Shown here: in pieces, positions 29,988 through 42,200 of the stretch | How positions within the stretch are numbered: the first letter of the stretch is position 1 | How the letters are laid out: each line of letters begins with the position of its first letter | Source of the DNA: Candidatus Obscuribacteraceae bacterium | GTDB lineage: Bacteria; Cyanobacteriota; Vampirovibrionia; Obscuribacterales; Obscuribacteraceae | Length of the DNA: 64,000 bases | Assembly (NCBI GenBank): GCA_044229845.1 | Contig: JBGASG010000002.1 | Location: 96,001-160,000, forward strand | Reading direction: 5' to 3' | Notes under the pieces: generated by a model | Database searches by the model: none | Told to the model about the DNA's origin: nothing | Seen by the model: the letters and a program-made list of their open reading frames with translations, nothing else | Translations under genes and position numbers: made by a program

Positions 29988-31154
29988 TCAGTTCGGCGAC
30001 AACTCCGGCTCTGCATGCCCGGCGGCCAGGGCGTTGGCCACAAAAGTCCCGACCGCTGCCAGAAACAGCAGCAAGCCTATGAACGCGAAAGCGGCCGACA
30101 TGCCACACCGGTAAGCCAGCAAACCCAAAATAAAAGGCGCCACAAATATCGAGCCGCCGGTGCTGATTGACATACGCGAAGCGGCGCGCGCCGACTGATT
30201 GGCGGCCACACCGATAGCGGCGCTGAAGCTGAGCGGATACATGTTGGCTTCGCCCAGTCCTAAGAGCAAGAGCCCTAATATGTGAATCGGCAGGCTGTGC
30301 GCCAGCCAGAAAATCACGAAGCCGACCGCTGCCAGAGTGGCGGCCGCCGGCAGCATGACGCGCATCGGGACGACGCGATTGAGGCGGCTGCCGATGATGC
30401 GCCCGAAAAACATGGTACCCAGGAAGGCACTAACAGTGGTGGCAGCATCAGCCTTGGTCAAGCCGGCCGCACGCTCCATAAATTCTGCAGTCCAGAAGAT
30501 CATTGACCATTCCGCTGCCACACTGAACGCAATAACCACGAAATATGCCCAGTACGAGGCGGGCAGCTTGACCGGCGCCGGCGGCACCTGAATCGCCGAT
30601 GTTTGCGGTGCCACGGTGCGCAGGTTGGTGAGCGCCAGGAGCGCAAACATGGCCACCGGAAAAATCATCGTATAGCGCCAGTTGTAGCCGGCATTGGCCA
30701 CGGCTCCCACCACCACCGGCGAGAGCGCGCAAAACGTCGACGCGACAATATTGCATTCGTAGATGCCGACAGAGCGCTGGGCTCCAAAGCGATTGGACAT
30801 GATGGCGGTCACAGTCTGCCCCATCAAGCTACCGGACGAACCAGTCAAAAGCGCACCAAATATGGTGACGAAAGCGGATTGCCCGACGACGATTAAGACC
30901 AGACCGGCGAGAATGCCCAGCGCACCGCCCCAGAGCGTGGCGGGCGTGCCGAATCGGCGCATCAGCTTGTCGCCGGATGTCCCCATCAAAAGACTGCCCA
31001 GCGCAAAGGCGCTGAAATGCAGTCCGGCGACACGCAGGTCCAGGTTCAATTCGCCGCGCAAAAACGGCATGATTGGTCCCAGTGACGTCATGACGAAACA
31101 GCAGTATCCGACCAGCAGATACCCGAGCCATGTCAGTCTGTCGCGGATGAACAA
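29988..31154 (-). CDS. MFS transporter
   Basis: About 12 TM helices; GDKLMRRFG and GRIIGSRL loop motifs. Confidence 0.88.
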   Translation of the reverse strand: MFIRDRLTWLGYLLVGYCCFVMTSLGPIMPFLRGELNLDLRVAGLHFSAFALGSLLMGTSGDKLMRRFGTPATLWGGALGILAGLVLIVVGQSAFVTIFGALLTGSSGSLMGQTVTAIMSNRFGAQRSVGIYECNIVASTFCALSPVVVGAVANAGYNWRYTMIFPVAMFALLALTNLRTVAPQTSAIQVPPAPVKLPASYWAYFVVIAFSVAAEWSMIFWTAEFMERAAGLTKADAATTVSAFLGTMFFGRIIGSRLNRVVPMRVMLPAAATLAAVGFVIFWLAHSLPIHILGLLLLGLGEANMYPLSFSAAIGVAANQSARAASRMSISTGGSIFVAPFILGLLAYRCGMSAAFAFIGLLLFLAAVGTFVANALAAGHAEPELSPN

Positions 31155-31238
31155 AGTTGCGGGGTCCTCCGGAGCGACCCCACAACTTTAGCATCATATG
31201 CGCCCGCGGCGCCTGACTACCTCAGGATGTTGCGCGAT

Positions 31239-31619
31239 TTAGTGATGTTTGTAATAGCCTTTGCCGCGGCGGTGGTTGCGGTTCCAGCGGGTGTCGGCGT
31301 CGCTTATCTGGCGCGTGATGGCGTTCTGCAGGCGATCGAGTTTCGCTTCCAACGCACCGCGCTCCTTGGGCGACAGTTTGCCGCCGCTGCGGCGATACTG
31401 CGCTTCTATAGCGGTGATTTCATTCATACGCGATTGCAGTTGCTGCGCCTCCGATTTGGTCAGTCTGCCGCTGGCGACGCCTGCATTAATCTGATTTTGC
31501 AGCTGCACCTGGGTGCCATTGATGCCGTCGCCGCCCCAAATCCAGCGGGCTTCGGCGGGAAGGCTGGTGGCAGCAAGCGCGATCAAAGCGAGAGAGGCCA
31601 AAAGAGTAGTACGTTTCAT
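31239..31619 (-). CDS. Small secreted hypothetical protein
   Basis: Signal peptide; G.LT..EA/GKLS..ER helical repeats; AAGGAG RBS. Confidence 0.75.
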   Translation of the reverse strand: MKRTTLLASLALIALAATSLPAEARWIWGGDGINGTQVQLQNQINAGVASGRLTKSEAQQLQSRMNEITAIEAQYRRSGGKLSPKERGALEAKLDRLQNAITRQISDADTRWNRNHRRGKGYYKHH

Positions 31620-31935
31620 GACGGCTCCTTGTCTTCATTTGCCGGAAATCTGTCTGTCCGTGAATTCAGGGTTGTCTTCACGTTCGTAAATGATGACGTG
31701 CAAAAGTTGATGAGGGGTCCCGTTTAAAACGATCATTTTATATTGAGGAACAACGTTTCATCTATCCAACAATTTTGCCGCCTCCGGCGGGCGCCACTAT
31801 ATGTGGTGCCGGTTCTCAGTCAGCTGATGATGCGGCAGTTTCCCGCCGGCGCCCGATCGGTCTCTTTGGCACTGCTATTTGATTTCAGCCTGCAGTCAGC
31901 ATGCTAAACTCTGTGTCAAGAGGGCAGGCAGACGC

Positions 31936-32790
31936 ATGACCACTAACGAGCCGAAAAGCGACGCGCCAGTGCGCATCCCCGCCAATCCAGGCGAGGGTCT
32001 GGAGGCACGCATCGTCATCGAGGCGGATGATGGCAAGAGATCGACCGAGTTATTCAATATGGTCGAAGCCGTCGAAGCCATTTTGCGCAGTTACGGTCAC
32101 CGGGTTGAACTCGGAGAGTTTCATCTCAAACACGAAGAGAGCGGCTTCCTGATCACGCCCGCAATTGTTTCGATCGCCGACCTGGATGACGGACGATTCA
32201 GCACCACGACCACGATTCAGGTCAACCACCCGGACCTGTTTCCTGACGGCATTTTCGAGTATCAGCATTTCACGGGCGGCACCATCAGCGAAGCCCTGAT
32301 CGGTGGCATCAATCAGTGGTATCAAACGGATTTCGAACCGCTGCTAGAGATCCAGCGGGCCACTCCCAAGACCTGCACCACCTGGGAGATGGACATCAAG
32401 GACGAAAAGACCCATGCATCCAGGACGAGACGGGCAATTTTCGGTCCTTTGATCTGGTATCGCGCCGTCAAACCCGAACAGGAAGAACCTGAGGAAAGCG
32501 GGCACACTGTTTGTCCGTGTTGCATGTTCACCAATTCAATCGAGCAATTCCAAGAACTGGTAAAGAGCCAGTCGATTTGCTGTGTGCGCTTATTCGTCTT
32601 GCGCGACGAAGACGGATCTATCGAAGCCGACTGCCGCGTCAACGGCGAAGACTATGCGCTCGGCGCGCAGGCATTGACCGAATATGCCGGTTCCTGGCGA
32701 AATCAGGGTTTCGAATTTCGCAAGCAGTATGTTATTTTGCACAATCTGGAATCGCCCAAGAAGACGCGACGATTGTGGCGCAAGAAGTAA
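31936..32790 (+). CDS. Conserved hypothetical protein (DUF6348-like)
   Basis: GIFEYQH, CPCC.FTN, ADCRVNGED, GFEFRKQY. Family name recalled from memory. Confidence 0.65.
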   Translation: MTTNEPKSDAPVRIPANPGEGLEARIVIEADDGKRSTELFNMVEAVEAILRSYGHRVELGEFHLKHEESGFLITPAIVSIADLDDGRFSTTTTIQVNHPDLFPDGIFEYQHFTGGTISEALIGGINQWYQTDFEPLLEIQRATPKTCTTWEMDIKDEKTHASRTRRAIFGPLIWYRAVKPEQEEPEESGHTVCPCCMFTNSIEQFQELVKSQSICCVRLFVLRDEDGSIEADCRVNGEDYALGAQALTEYAGSWRNQGFEFRKQYVILHNLESPKKTRRLWRKK

Positions 32791-32800
32791 ATAGTGTTTC

Positions 32801-33970
<1,170 letters not shown>

Positions 33971-34011
33971 TCAAGTGCTCGACAAAAAGCGGTGCGGCAT
34001 ATGTAGAATCG

Positions 34012-37000
34012 GTGGTTGTGACGACGCCTCCGAAAAACCCATCCGCCCCGATCTCCCTAGCCGCCGCACGCGACACGCTGCGTCGGTCGCCGGCTATTGG
34101 TGTACTGATCGTCATGGGTATGATCGCCTACATTTTTTCGTCCGTGGTGGGCAGCAGTGTTTTTGCCACCGCCTCGCTCGACCTGTCTCTGTCGCCCGAG
34201 GCGATACTTGAAAAGGCCAAAGAAAAAATTCAGCGCTGGGGCGACTTCCATCCCGGCATGATGTCATCGGTCTCTTTTGATGGAGACAACGACGGCAAAA
34301 TTTTTCTAGAGAGAAACTACGGGCAGCAAGAAGCCAACAAACTGATGTCGCAGCTGCCAATCTGGTACTGGTATTGCCGCTTCGTCAAGGAAGGCGATCC
34401 GGAGCCGGTGGTACTCGCCAGCAGGCGGAAGTGGTGGCACGCGACTTTATCGTCAAGGAAGCGGGTATCGCGCTGGATGACGAGCGCTTGCTGCAAACGA
34501 ATGACACCAAGCAACTGCATCGCACCGACCACTCATTTGGATGGGACCTCAACGGCATCGAATACAAAGGCGCGCACGACCGCCTGCAAGTTGTGGTGAG
34601 CGGCAACAAAGTTACGCAGTTCTACCACTACCTGCAGACACCCGAGAGTTGGCAGCGCAGCTATAACGAGATGCGCAGCTACAACAACATGTTCGGGACG
34701 GTGGCATATTTCTTCATGGGCGGGCTGTCGATCGCCACGCTGGCGGTGTTCATTCGCGCCGCCGCCAAACGCACTTTCACATACAAGACGGCGGCCATAT
34801 TCGGCGCCTTCTACGGAATGGCGATGATCATTCCGGCGATCAACTCCATGCCTTCCTGGGTGTCGAGCTATAAGTGGAACGAACCGTATTCCTCTTTTCT
34901 GCTCAGCAAATGGTTCGGCAGTATCTTGCTCGGTGTGCTCTACGCTATTTTGATGGCAATACTGTTCGCTGCGGCTCAACCTTTGTATCGCGAACTGTGC
35001 CCGCAGCGCATGTCGATGAAACGCTGGTTTTCGCCGGAAGCGCTGCGCCGCCCCGAGTTAATCGAGGCGATTGTGGTGGGGCTGGCGGTCTGCGGTTTGT
35101 CGAAGGGCTACCAGATTGCCTATTACTTCTGCGGCGAAAAACTCGGTTACTGGTGCCCGCTCAGCGGCGCAGGACCGGCCACTCTCGGCACCTTGGTCCC
35201 GATTCTGGACGGGCTGAGTATTGGTGTGCAGGCGGCACTGATGGAAGAGGGGCTGTACCGTATTGTCGGATTGCGGCTTTTCGAGCGGCTGTTCCGCGGT
35301 AACTTCTGGGCAGCAAACTTTTTGCAGGCGGTGCTCTGGGGCTTCGCACACAGCTACTACCCACAACAACCGGCATACGCGCGCGGCATCGAACTGACCA
35401 TCGAAGGCCTGTTCAACGGCTGGCTCTTGAAACGATTTGGTCTGTTGCCCTGCCTCCTGTCGCACTTCCTCTTTGATGCTTTGTGCACAAGCGAGGTCTT
35501 GAAGGCGGCACCACTTTCGGTGGCATGGACGGGACTGGTGCCGGTATTGATACCACTTGTCGTGCTGGCGGCGGCTCTGGTGGTTTCTTCTCGAAAAGGC
35601 TTTGTGCAGGAGCCGGCATCGCGCGCCGACACGCAGGAATTTTTACTGCCTGACCTGAAACAAAAGACCACCATGGGGCGTCCGACCGCATTTCTTTATG
35701 CCAAGCCGCTGTCGCTGCGGGTGCGCGCGGCTCTGGCAGTGGCGGCGGCCGGGTGTATTGCGGTGACGCAATTTTTGAGCTGGGAGCCGATCGAGGGCGG
35801 CTGCAAGCCGCTGGCGTTGTCGCGCAAGCAAGCCGTCGCCAAAGGACGAGAGTACTTCCGCGGACTGGGGATTGATCTGGATAAGAAATATCTGGTCAGC
35901 ACCCAGTTGTTCTGCGCGCACGAATCGGGAGACACGCTCGCTTACCTGCAAGAGCAACTGGGTTATGCGCGCACCAAGCAGCTGGTTGAGAAGCTACGCA
36001 ATTTTATGTTCTGGCGAGTCAAGTTCTGCAAGCCCGGTGAGCCGCGTAGTTACGAGGCATACTTCGTGCAAAATGGCGATTTGCTGTCGCCCGACATCGA
36101 ATTGGAAGAAAACGATCCGCTGCCTTCGCTGACTGAGGCTCAGGCGCGCGAGCTGGTGGAAAAATATTTCAAGGGACGCCCGAAGATGGCGCCCTGGAAC
36201 TTCTCCGATGCGGCGCAGCAAAAGCGGACGCGCACCGATTACTCGCTCACGTACGAAATTCCGGAAGGGAAGGTGGGTGATGCCAAGCTCGAGATAACCT
36301 GCGAGGTGAAGGGCAATCTGCTCACGGACGTCAGCACTCAGTGGGAGCTGCCCGATTCGTGGACCCAATTGCGCGAGAAAAAATTGCCGTACGAAAGCAT
36401 CTTGGGGTTGGTGCGCGCGGCGGTGGCGTTGTTTGGCGCCGGGCTGGTTCTGTGGTTTTTGATTGGGCTGTTCCGCGAAGGGCATGTGCGCTGGAAGGTG
36501 CCGATTCTGGTGGGGTTGGTGCTGATTGTGTTGCAAGTGCTGGCAACCTTGAACGACTTGCCTGAGTTTTTCATGAGCTATTCAACTGAGACGCCGATGG
36601 CGAATTTCCTTATGCAAAGTTGTATCGACTTGCTGTGGAGTTTCATCACCGGCGCCGCGGCGAATGCCGCTGCGGTGCTTATAACTCTGGCGGTGATCAA
36701 CAAATACTTCAAAAAATCGTATCTCGAGTCCGCGTTCAAGCTGGCTTTCTATGTATGTCCGCGGGATTTGCGCGTGGCACAGCGGCAGATGTGGTTCGAC
36801 GCGATGCTTACCGCGCTGGCGCTGACGGCTATGTTCAGCGCGTTGGCGTGCCTGTCGGTGGATGGACAGATATTGTTCGGGCATGCCCCGCCGTGCACCG
36901 CGCTTGGATCGACGCTGGCGGACGCCAACACCTACTTCATGACCTATAGCGTGATCGGGGACGCGATAACCGGCATAATTACGCGCTTGTGTTTTGTGGC

Positions 37001-37370
37001 TTTGCTGCCGGCGCTGGCGCACAAATACCTGAAGGGGAACTGGTGGCTGTCGGGGCTTGTGATTGTGGCGGCGGTGGCGCTATTTGACTCGGATACGCGC
37101 TACGTGTCGGACTACGTGCTCAGCCTGGTCGAGTCGCTGGCCGGTGTGATGGCGATGACTTGCATTTTCGTAGCGGGGCGGCGCAATATTTTGACGGCGA
37201 TGCTCACTTTGTTGTGGACGGCGTTTGTGTCGAGCATCGCGTTCATCTACCAATTCGGGTTGCCTTTGCTGGCTTGCCACTTTTGCCTGCTGATTGCGAT
37301 CTGCCTGGCGCCGGTGGCTTACTTCTTCTATTTGCAAAATGCCGCCGACCCGCCTACTGCCGCCACGTAA
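34012..37370 (+). pseudogene. Large CPBP (CAAX/Abi) intramembrane glutamic protease, frameshifted near 34405-34412
   Basis: EEGLYR, WGFAH and HFLFD motifs. The N-terminal part (frame of 34012-34599) and the remainder (frame of 34374-37370) are in different frames, and the internal domain repeat suggests a deletion at the junction. Confidence 0.7.
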
Positions 37371-37387
37371 CCGCAGTAGATGCGTAG

Positions 37388-37626
37388 TCCAAATTCGGCT
37401 TTCGCAGGTATACGGCATGCAACAAGCAAGCTCCGGCAATATACCGTATTGGTATCCCAAATTCGATTTGGCATACGTATATGGTATGCAACAAGCAAGC
37501 CCCGGCAATATACCGTATTGGTATCCCAATCCCGATTTGGCATACGTATATGGTATGCAACAAGCAAGCCCCGGCAATATACCGTATTGGTATCCCAATC
37601 CCGATTTGGCATACGTATATGGTATT
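37388..37626. repeat. 69-bp tandem repeat, about 3.4 copies, intergenic between convergent genes
   Basis: ATGCAACAAGCAAGC recurs at 37417, 37486 and 37555 (period 69); copies 2 and 3 are identical. Confidence 0.95.
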
Positions 37627-37677
37627 CCCAAAATCGTCAGCTGTCCGGCCGCGCAATTGAGCACACCCCACCTCACA

Positions 37678-38469
37678 TCAAACTGATTTCTTGCGATAGA
37701 CCCGAGTCGGCGCAGTGAATGGGATGAGCGTTTTCTTCCAGGAAAGAAAAGCATCAGTAGCCGGCAATGCGAACCACGGTACAGGGCGAATGCCGAGTCC
37801 CAACGCGACACACACCGACACCAGAGTCTCGACTGAAGGTATCCCTTTCCCCGTCTCCAGCATCGATATATCCGCTTGTCGCACACCGAGAAGAGACGCA
37901 AGGTCTGTCTGCCTAAGTCCCAGTCTCTTTCTACTTTCGGCGATGGATTTACCAAGTCCTTTGAGCAGAGCGATTTTGGCCGCCTCCCGATCCTTTCTGC
38001 AAAAGCCAGCCACTTGCTTACAGCCTTCGCAATCATCGAGGGAGTGCGACGCTACAATTTCCAGCAATTTGTCATGGTCCCTCCACCGAGTCAGACGCTC
38101 GCTCGTCTCTAAGTGGCTCAAGTAGTTGAGACTGGCGTCCCAGGCGAACCGGTTATCGAAAATTGCGAGCTTCTCGTGGCAGTTCGGACGCAGATTGATA
38201 TGGACACCAATCTTCCTGAGCCATTGCCTGAGGCGTTCGATCTTCGCAATTTGCTTTTCAGTCATCGCCCTGGTGGGCAGCTCCAGAAAAACGCAGACCC
38301 GGACACCTCGTTGGCGCGCGCGTGCCAGAGCAGGAGCCACCAACTCAATCTGCTGGTCCCCAAGAAAGGGGGCGTGAATGACAATCAGGAATTGAGCCTC
38401 GTCAATATCCTGGATAAACCGGTCCAAGTAGTTGTGGTGGAAGTACACATCATGTTCGCCGCTCACCAT
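37678..38469 (-). CDS. Phospholipase D-like nuclease domain fused to CxxC and an XRE helix-turn-helix
   Basis: HEKLAIFD (HxKxxxxD) plus ASLN; CEGC; LGKSIAESRKRLGLRQTDLA..LGV.QADIS.LE.G; ATG 38469 with AAGGGG RBS. Confidence 0.82.
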   Translation of the reverse strand: MVSGEHDVYFHHNYLDRFIQDIDEAQFLIVIHAPFLGDQQIELVAPALARARQRGVRVCVFLELPTRAMTEKQIAKIERLRQWLRKIGVHINLRPNCHEKLAIFDNRFAWDASLNYLSHLETSERLTRWRDHDKLLEIVASHSLDDCEGCKQVAGFCRKDREAAKIALLKGLGKSIAESRKRLGLRQTDLASLLGVRQADISMLETGKGIPSVETLVSVCVALGLGIRPVPWFALPATDAFLSWKKTLIPFTAPTRVYRKKSV

Positions 38470-39234
38470 ATTCGATACCCCCTTTTCGATATCGCAGTAC
38501 CTATATATAGGAATACGTTCGACAGGCAGAAAAAGTTCAATCAGTTGCCAACAGCCAGTACAAACAGAAGCCAGTCCTGCAGCGCGTTTCGCGCGCGATC
38601 GCCGCAAGTTTCTTGCAAAATTCGAATTGAACTTTTTTGGAAGGTGGAGCGTCTATATGATCACCTCTCCAAGAATTTCGCGCTCGAAGACAGCAGCTTC
38701 GGGCACGTCCAAACTCACCTCCTACAGGGCAAAGCGAGACTTTTGGATGCGGTGTGAGTGGTAAACCTCGATACCGCTCCTGGTATCGGTTTGCCGGTTG
38801 CATTGCTCCCGCACCCGGCTGGACCGACCAGCAAAAAATCACCGAAAAGGATCGCCCACGCCGGAAAAATGGCTTCGGCAGCCGCCAGAAAGACCCTATA
38901 CGCAGCCGTTAGCTCAGCGAGGCAATACCAACCGTATATATACAAAGTACACGATCGGCATCGCCTGTGGTAGCAAAATTGGTGGCATTAATGTTAGACT
39001 CACAACTCTTGACAGCGCGCTTGGCGCGGCAACCCTGGCGGGTTTAGGCATGCCACCACGGCGCTGGTATTATCGGTAGCACCATATTGACACCATCTGT
39101 TAGGATGTAGTCTAATCTGGCTGTGGGTGCGGGTTGAGGGATTTTGGATTTGGCAAACCCGATGTTCAATAGGTAGCAGGCACATACCTGTTGGGCGCAC
39201 GTTGGTGTGCGCGTGAGGGATCGAAGGAATCTCG

Positions 39235-42200
39235 ATGCGGATCAAAGAAATAGAGTTAGACAACTTCAAAAGCTTCGGTAAGCAGACCACCGTACCCATC
39301 TTGAATGGGTTCACGACCATCTCCGGTCCCAACGGCTCAGGCAAATCAAACATCGTCGACAGCCTGCTCTTCGCCCTCGGCTTGTCCAGCACACGGACCA
39401 TGCGCGCCGAGCGCCTGCCCGACCTGCTCAACAACTTGAGCGGGCGCAATGAGGCGAAAGTCACCGTTCGCTTCACCAACGACGCCGGCACCGAAATCGA
39501 AGTCAGCCGCAGACTGCGCGTCAAAGACAACGGCTATACCAGCACCTATAACCTCAACGGTAAGGTCACCACTCTCAGCGAAATCCATGATGAGCTGATG
39601 AGATATAACGTCAGCCCGACCGGTTTCAACGTCATCATGCAGGGCGACGTGACCAATATCGTCACCATGAGCCCGACTGAGCGCCGCCGTATTATTGATG
39701 AGTTGGCGGGCGTTGCCGAGTTCGATCGCCGCATCGACCAGGCGCAAAAAGAGCTGATTACCGTCGCCGAAAAAATCGATCACCAGCGCATCGTCCTGGC
39801 TGAAATCGGCACGCGCCTCGAGGTGCTGCAATCCGACCGCGACGTCGCCCTCAAGTATCTCGACCTCAAAACTCAGAAAGAGCGCATCGAACGCGACCTG
39901 GTGTTCATTCGCGTCAAAGAGCTGGAAACCAAAGTCGAAGGCGAACGCAATGAAATCGTCAAGCTCGACAAGAGGGAAGAAGAGCTTTGCGAAAAGCGCG
40001 AGGAGTCGGAGCTTGAGACACTCAAGTTGCGTTCCGAAATCGGTCGCATAGAAGAGGATATACGCGAGAAGGGCGGCAACGAACAGCTGCTCATCCGCCA
40101 GGAGCTGGAGAACCAGCGCGGGGAACTCACCCGTGAAGAGAACAAGCTCTCCAACCTGTCCGGCGTCATCGGCGAAAAGGGCAAGCTGCAGAAGCAGGTC
40201 GTCGATCAGATTAAGACCATCGACAAGCACCTCAACTCACTTGGCAAGGAAAAGAAACAGCATCAGGCTGACCTGGAAGCCGTGCAACAGATTCTCGCCG
40301 AGAAACAGGGCTCGTTCAGCGCCGTCAACGCCGAGCTGGAAGTCGTGCGCCAGGCTAAGGACACCGCCACCAGCAAGGTCATGTCACTCCACGAAAAGCT
40401 GGAGATGCTGCGCGATCAGAAAAACCGGTTCGATGTGCGCCGCGCCGAGCTGATCGCCCGCAAAGAATCGCTCGAAAAAGAAATCGAAGCGATTCGCACC
40501 AATACAACTAATTCCATCGGTAAGACCGCGTCCTTGAAGAGCCTGATCGGCACCATGGAACGCAAGTGCGAAGACCAGCAAGCTCAGGGCTTGGGTCTGG
40601 CAAGAAACGTTCGCCAGATGGAAAGCGAAATCGAATCGACGCAGGAAGAAATCGAAGCCAAGCGCGCCGAACTTGAGCAAGTCAACCGCAAGCTCATCGA
40701 GATGGAAACGCACCGCGAAGTCGCCGGCGAAAGCGGCTACGGCAAGGCGGTGGAAGCGATCCTGGGAGCCAACATCAAAGGCGTTTACGGCACCATCGGT
40801 CAACTCGGTCAGGTCGACGAGCGCTACACGACAGCCCTGGAAATGGCCATTGGACCGCGCCTCAGCCACCTGGTCGTGGAAGATGATGAAGTTGCCGCCC
40901 GCTGTATCGAACTGCTCAAACAAACCAAAGCGGGTCGCGCCACGTTCGTTCCTCTTAATAAGATTCAGACGCAACCGCCGGGCTTGCTCCCGAGCCGCCC
41001 GGGCGTCATTGACTTTGCCTATAACCTGATCGATTTCGAGCCGCGTTTCGTCAAAGCCATCCAGTACGCCTGCGGTCAGACCGTGGTCATGGACTCACTG
41101 GAGAACGCCCGCAAATTGATGGGCACCGGACGCCTGGTAACTCTCGAAGGCGAACTGCTCGAGAAGTACGGCACCATTTCCGGTGGCATGGACAACAAAA
41201 ACAAGTTGCACTTCTCGGCGAAAGGCGAAACCGACCTCAACAGCCTGCGCATGAAGGCGAAAAACCTCGCCGACGACATCAAGTGGTTGCAAGACAGCCT
41301 CAAAGAACTGAACGCGTCGATCGCCGGCGACCGCGACAAGCTCAACGACTTCAAAGGCGTGCAAGCTCAGGCGCAAACCGAACTGGACGCCAAAAAAGCC
41401 GAACTGATTGCGGTCGAGAAAGAAGTCGAAGACCTCAAACCGCGGCTGCGCGCCAGCGGCGATGAAATCGAAGCCGTCGACACTGAAGTTGCATCTATTG
41501 ATACCAACTTGAAGCAAGTCAACAAGGAGCTGTCGAAGTTCCAGGATGACATGGCTGAAGTGACGGGCGGTGCCGCCAAGTCGCCGGTCGACAAACTGAT
41601 CGCCGAAGCCGAAGAGCTGAAGGCCGACCTGGATGCCACCGAAAAGAGCGCCAAGGAAATCGAGCGCCACATCGACCGCATCGTCACCGAAGAACGCGTC
41701 GAGCAAGCCAATCGCCAGACGTTGCAAGAACAACTCGACACGATTACCAAAGAACTCGATGAGCTCAACGCTCAAAAGCCGGAGTTCGAAGCCAAGATCA
41801 ACGAGCTCAAAAAACTGATCCAAGATTTGGAGAAGAAGAGCACCGACATCTCCGACGAGCTGAAAGCTCTCAACGACGAGAAGGCTGCCGTTCAGGAAAA
41901 AATCCACGCCATCGAGCTGGAGAAGACCAAGCTGGAGAGCCAGCTCGAACACCTGGCAGAAGAGCGCAACAAACGCCGCCAGCTGATGTACGAACTCAGC
42001 GAAGAGCTGATTCTGAAGCGGCAAGAACTGGACGAACTGCTCGCCGAGCAGCCTGACTACAAGCCGCCGTCGCAGGGCACCGTCGACCAGCTGCTGCATC
42101 AAATCGAGCGCCTGGAGAAGCGGATGCGCGCCATGGAACCGGTCAACATGAAGGCTCTGGAAGAGTACAACGAGACGAAACAGCGCCAGGAAGAGCTGGA

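Noticed and set aside
37388..37626. CRISPR array interpretation of the tandem repeat
   Set aside because: The units are contiguous 69-bp near-identical copies with no unique spacers, and there are no cas genes in the window.
37294..37718. ORFs translating the 69-bp repeat (e.g. MQQASPGNIPYWYPNPDLAYVYG repeats)
   Set aside because: Several frames on both strands are open simply because the unit is a multiple of 3 with no stop codon. There is no RBS and they overlap neighbouring genes.
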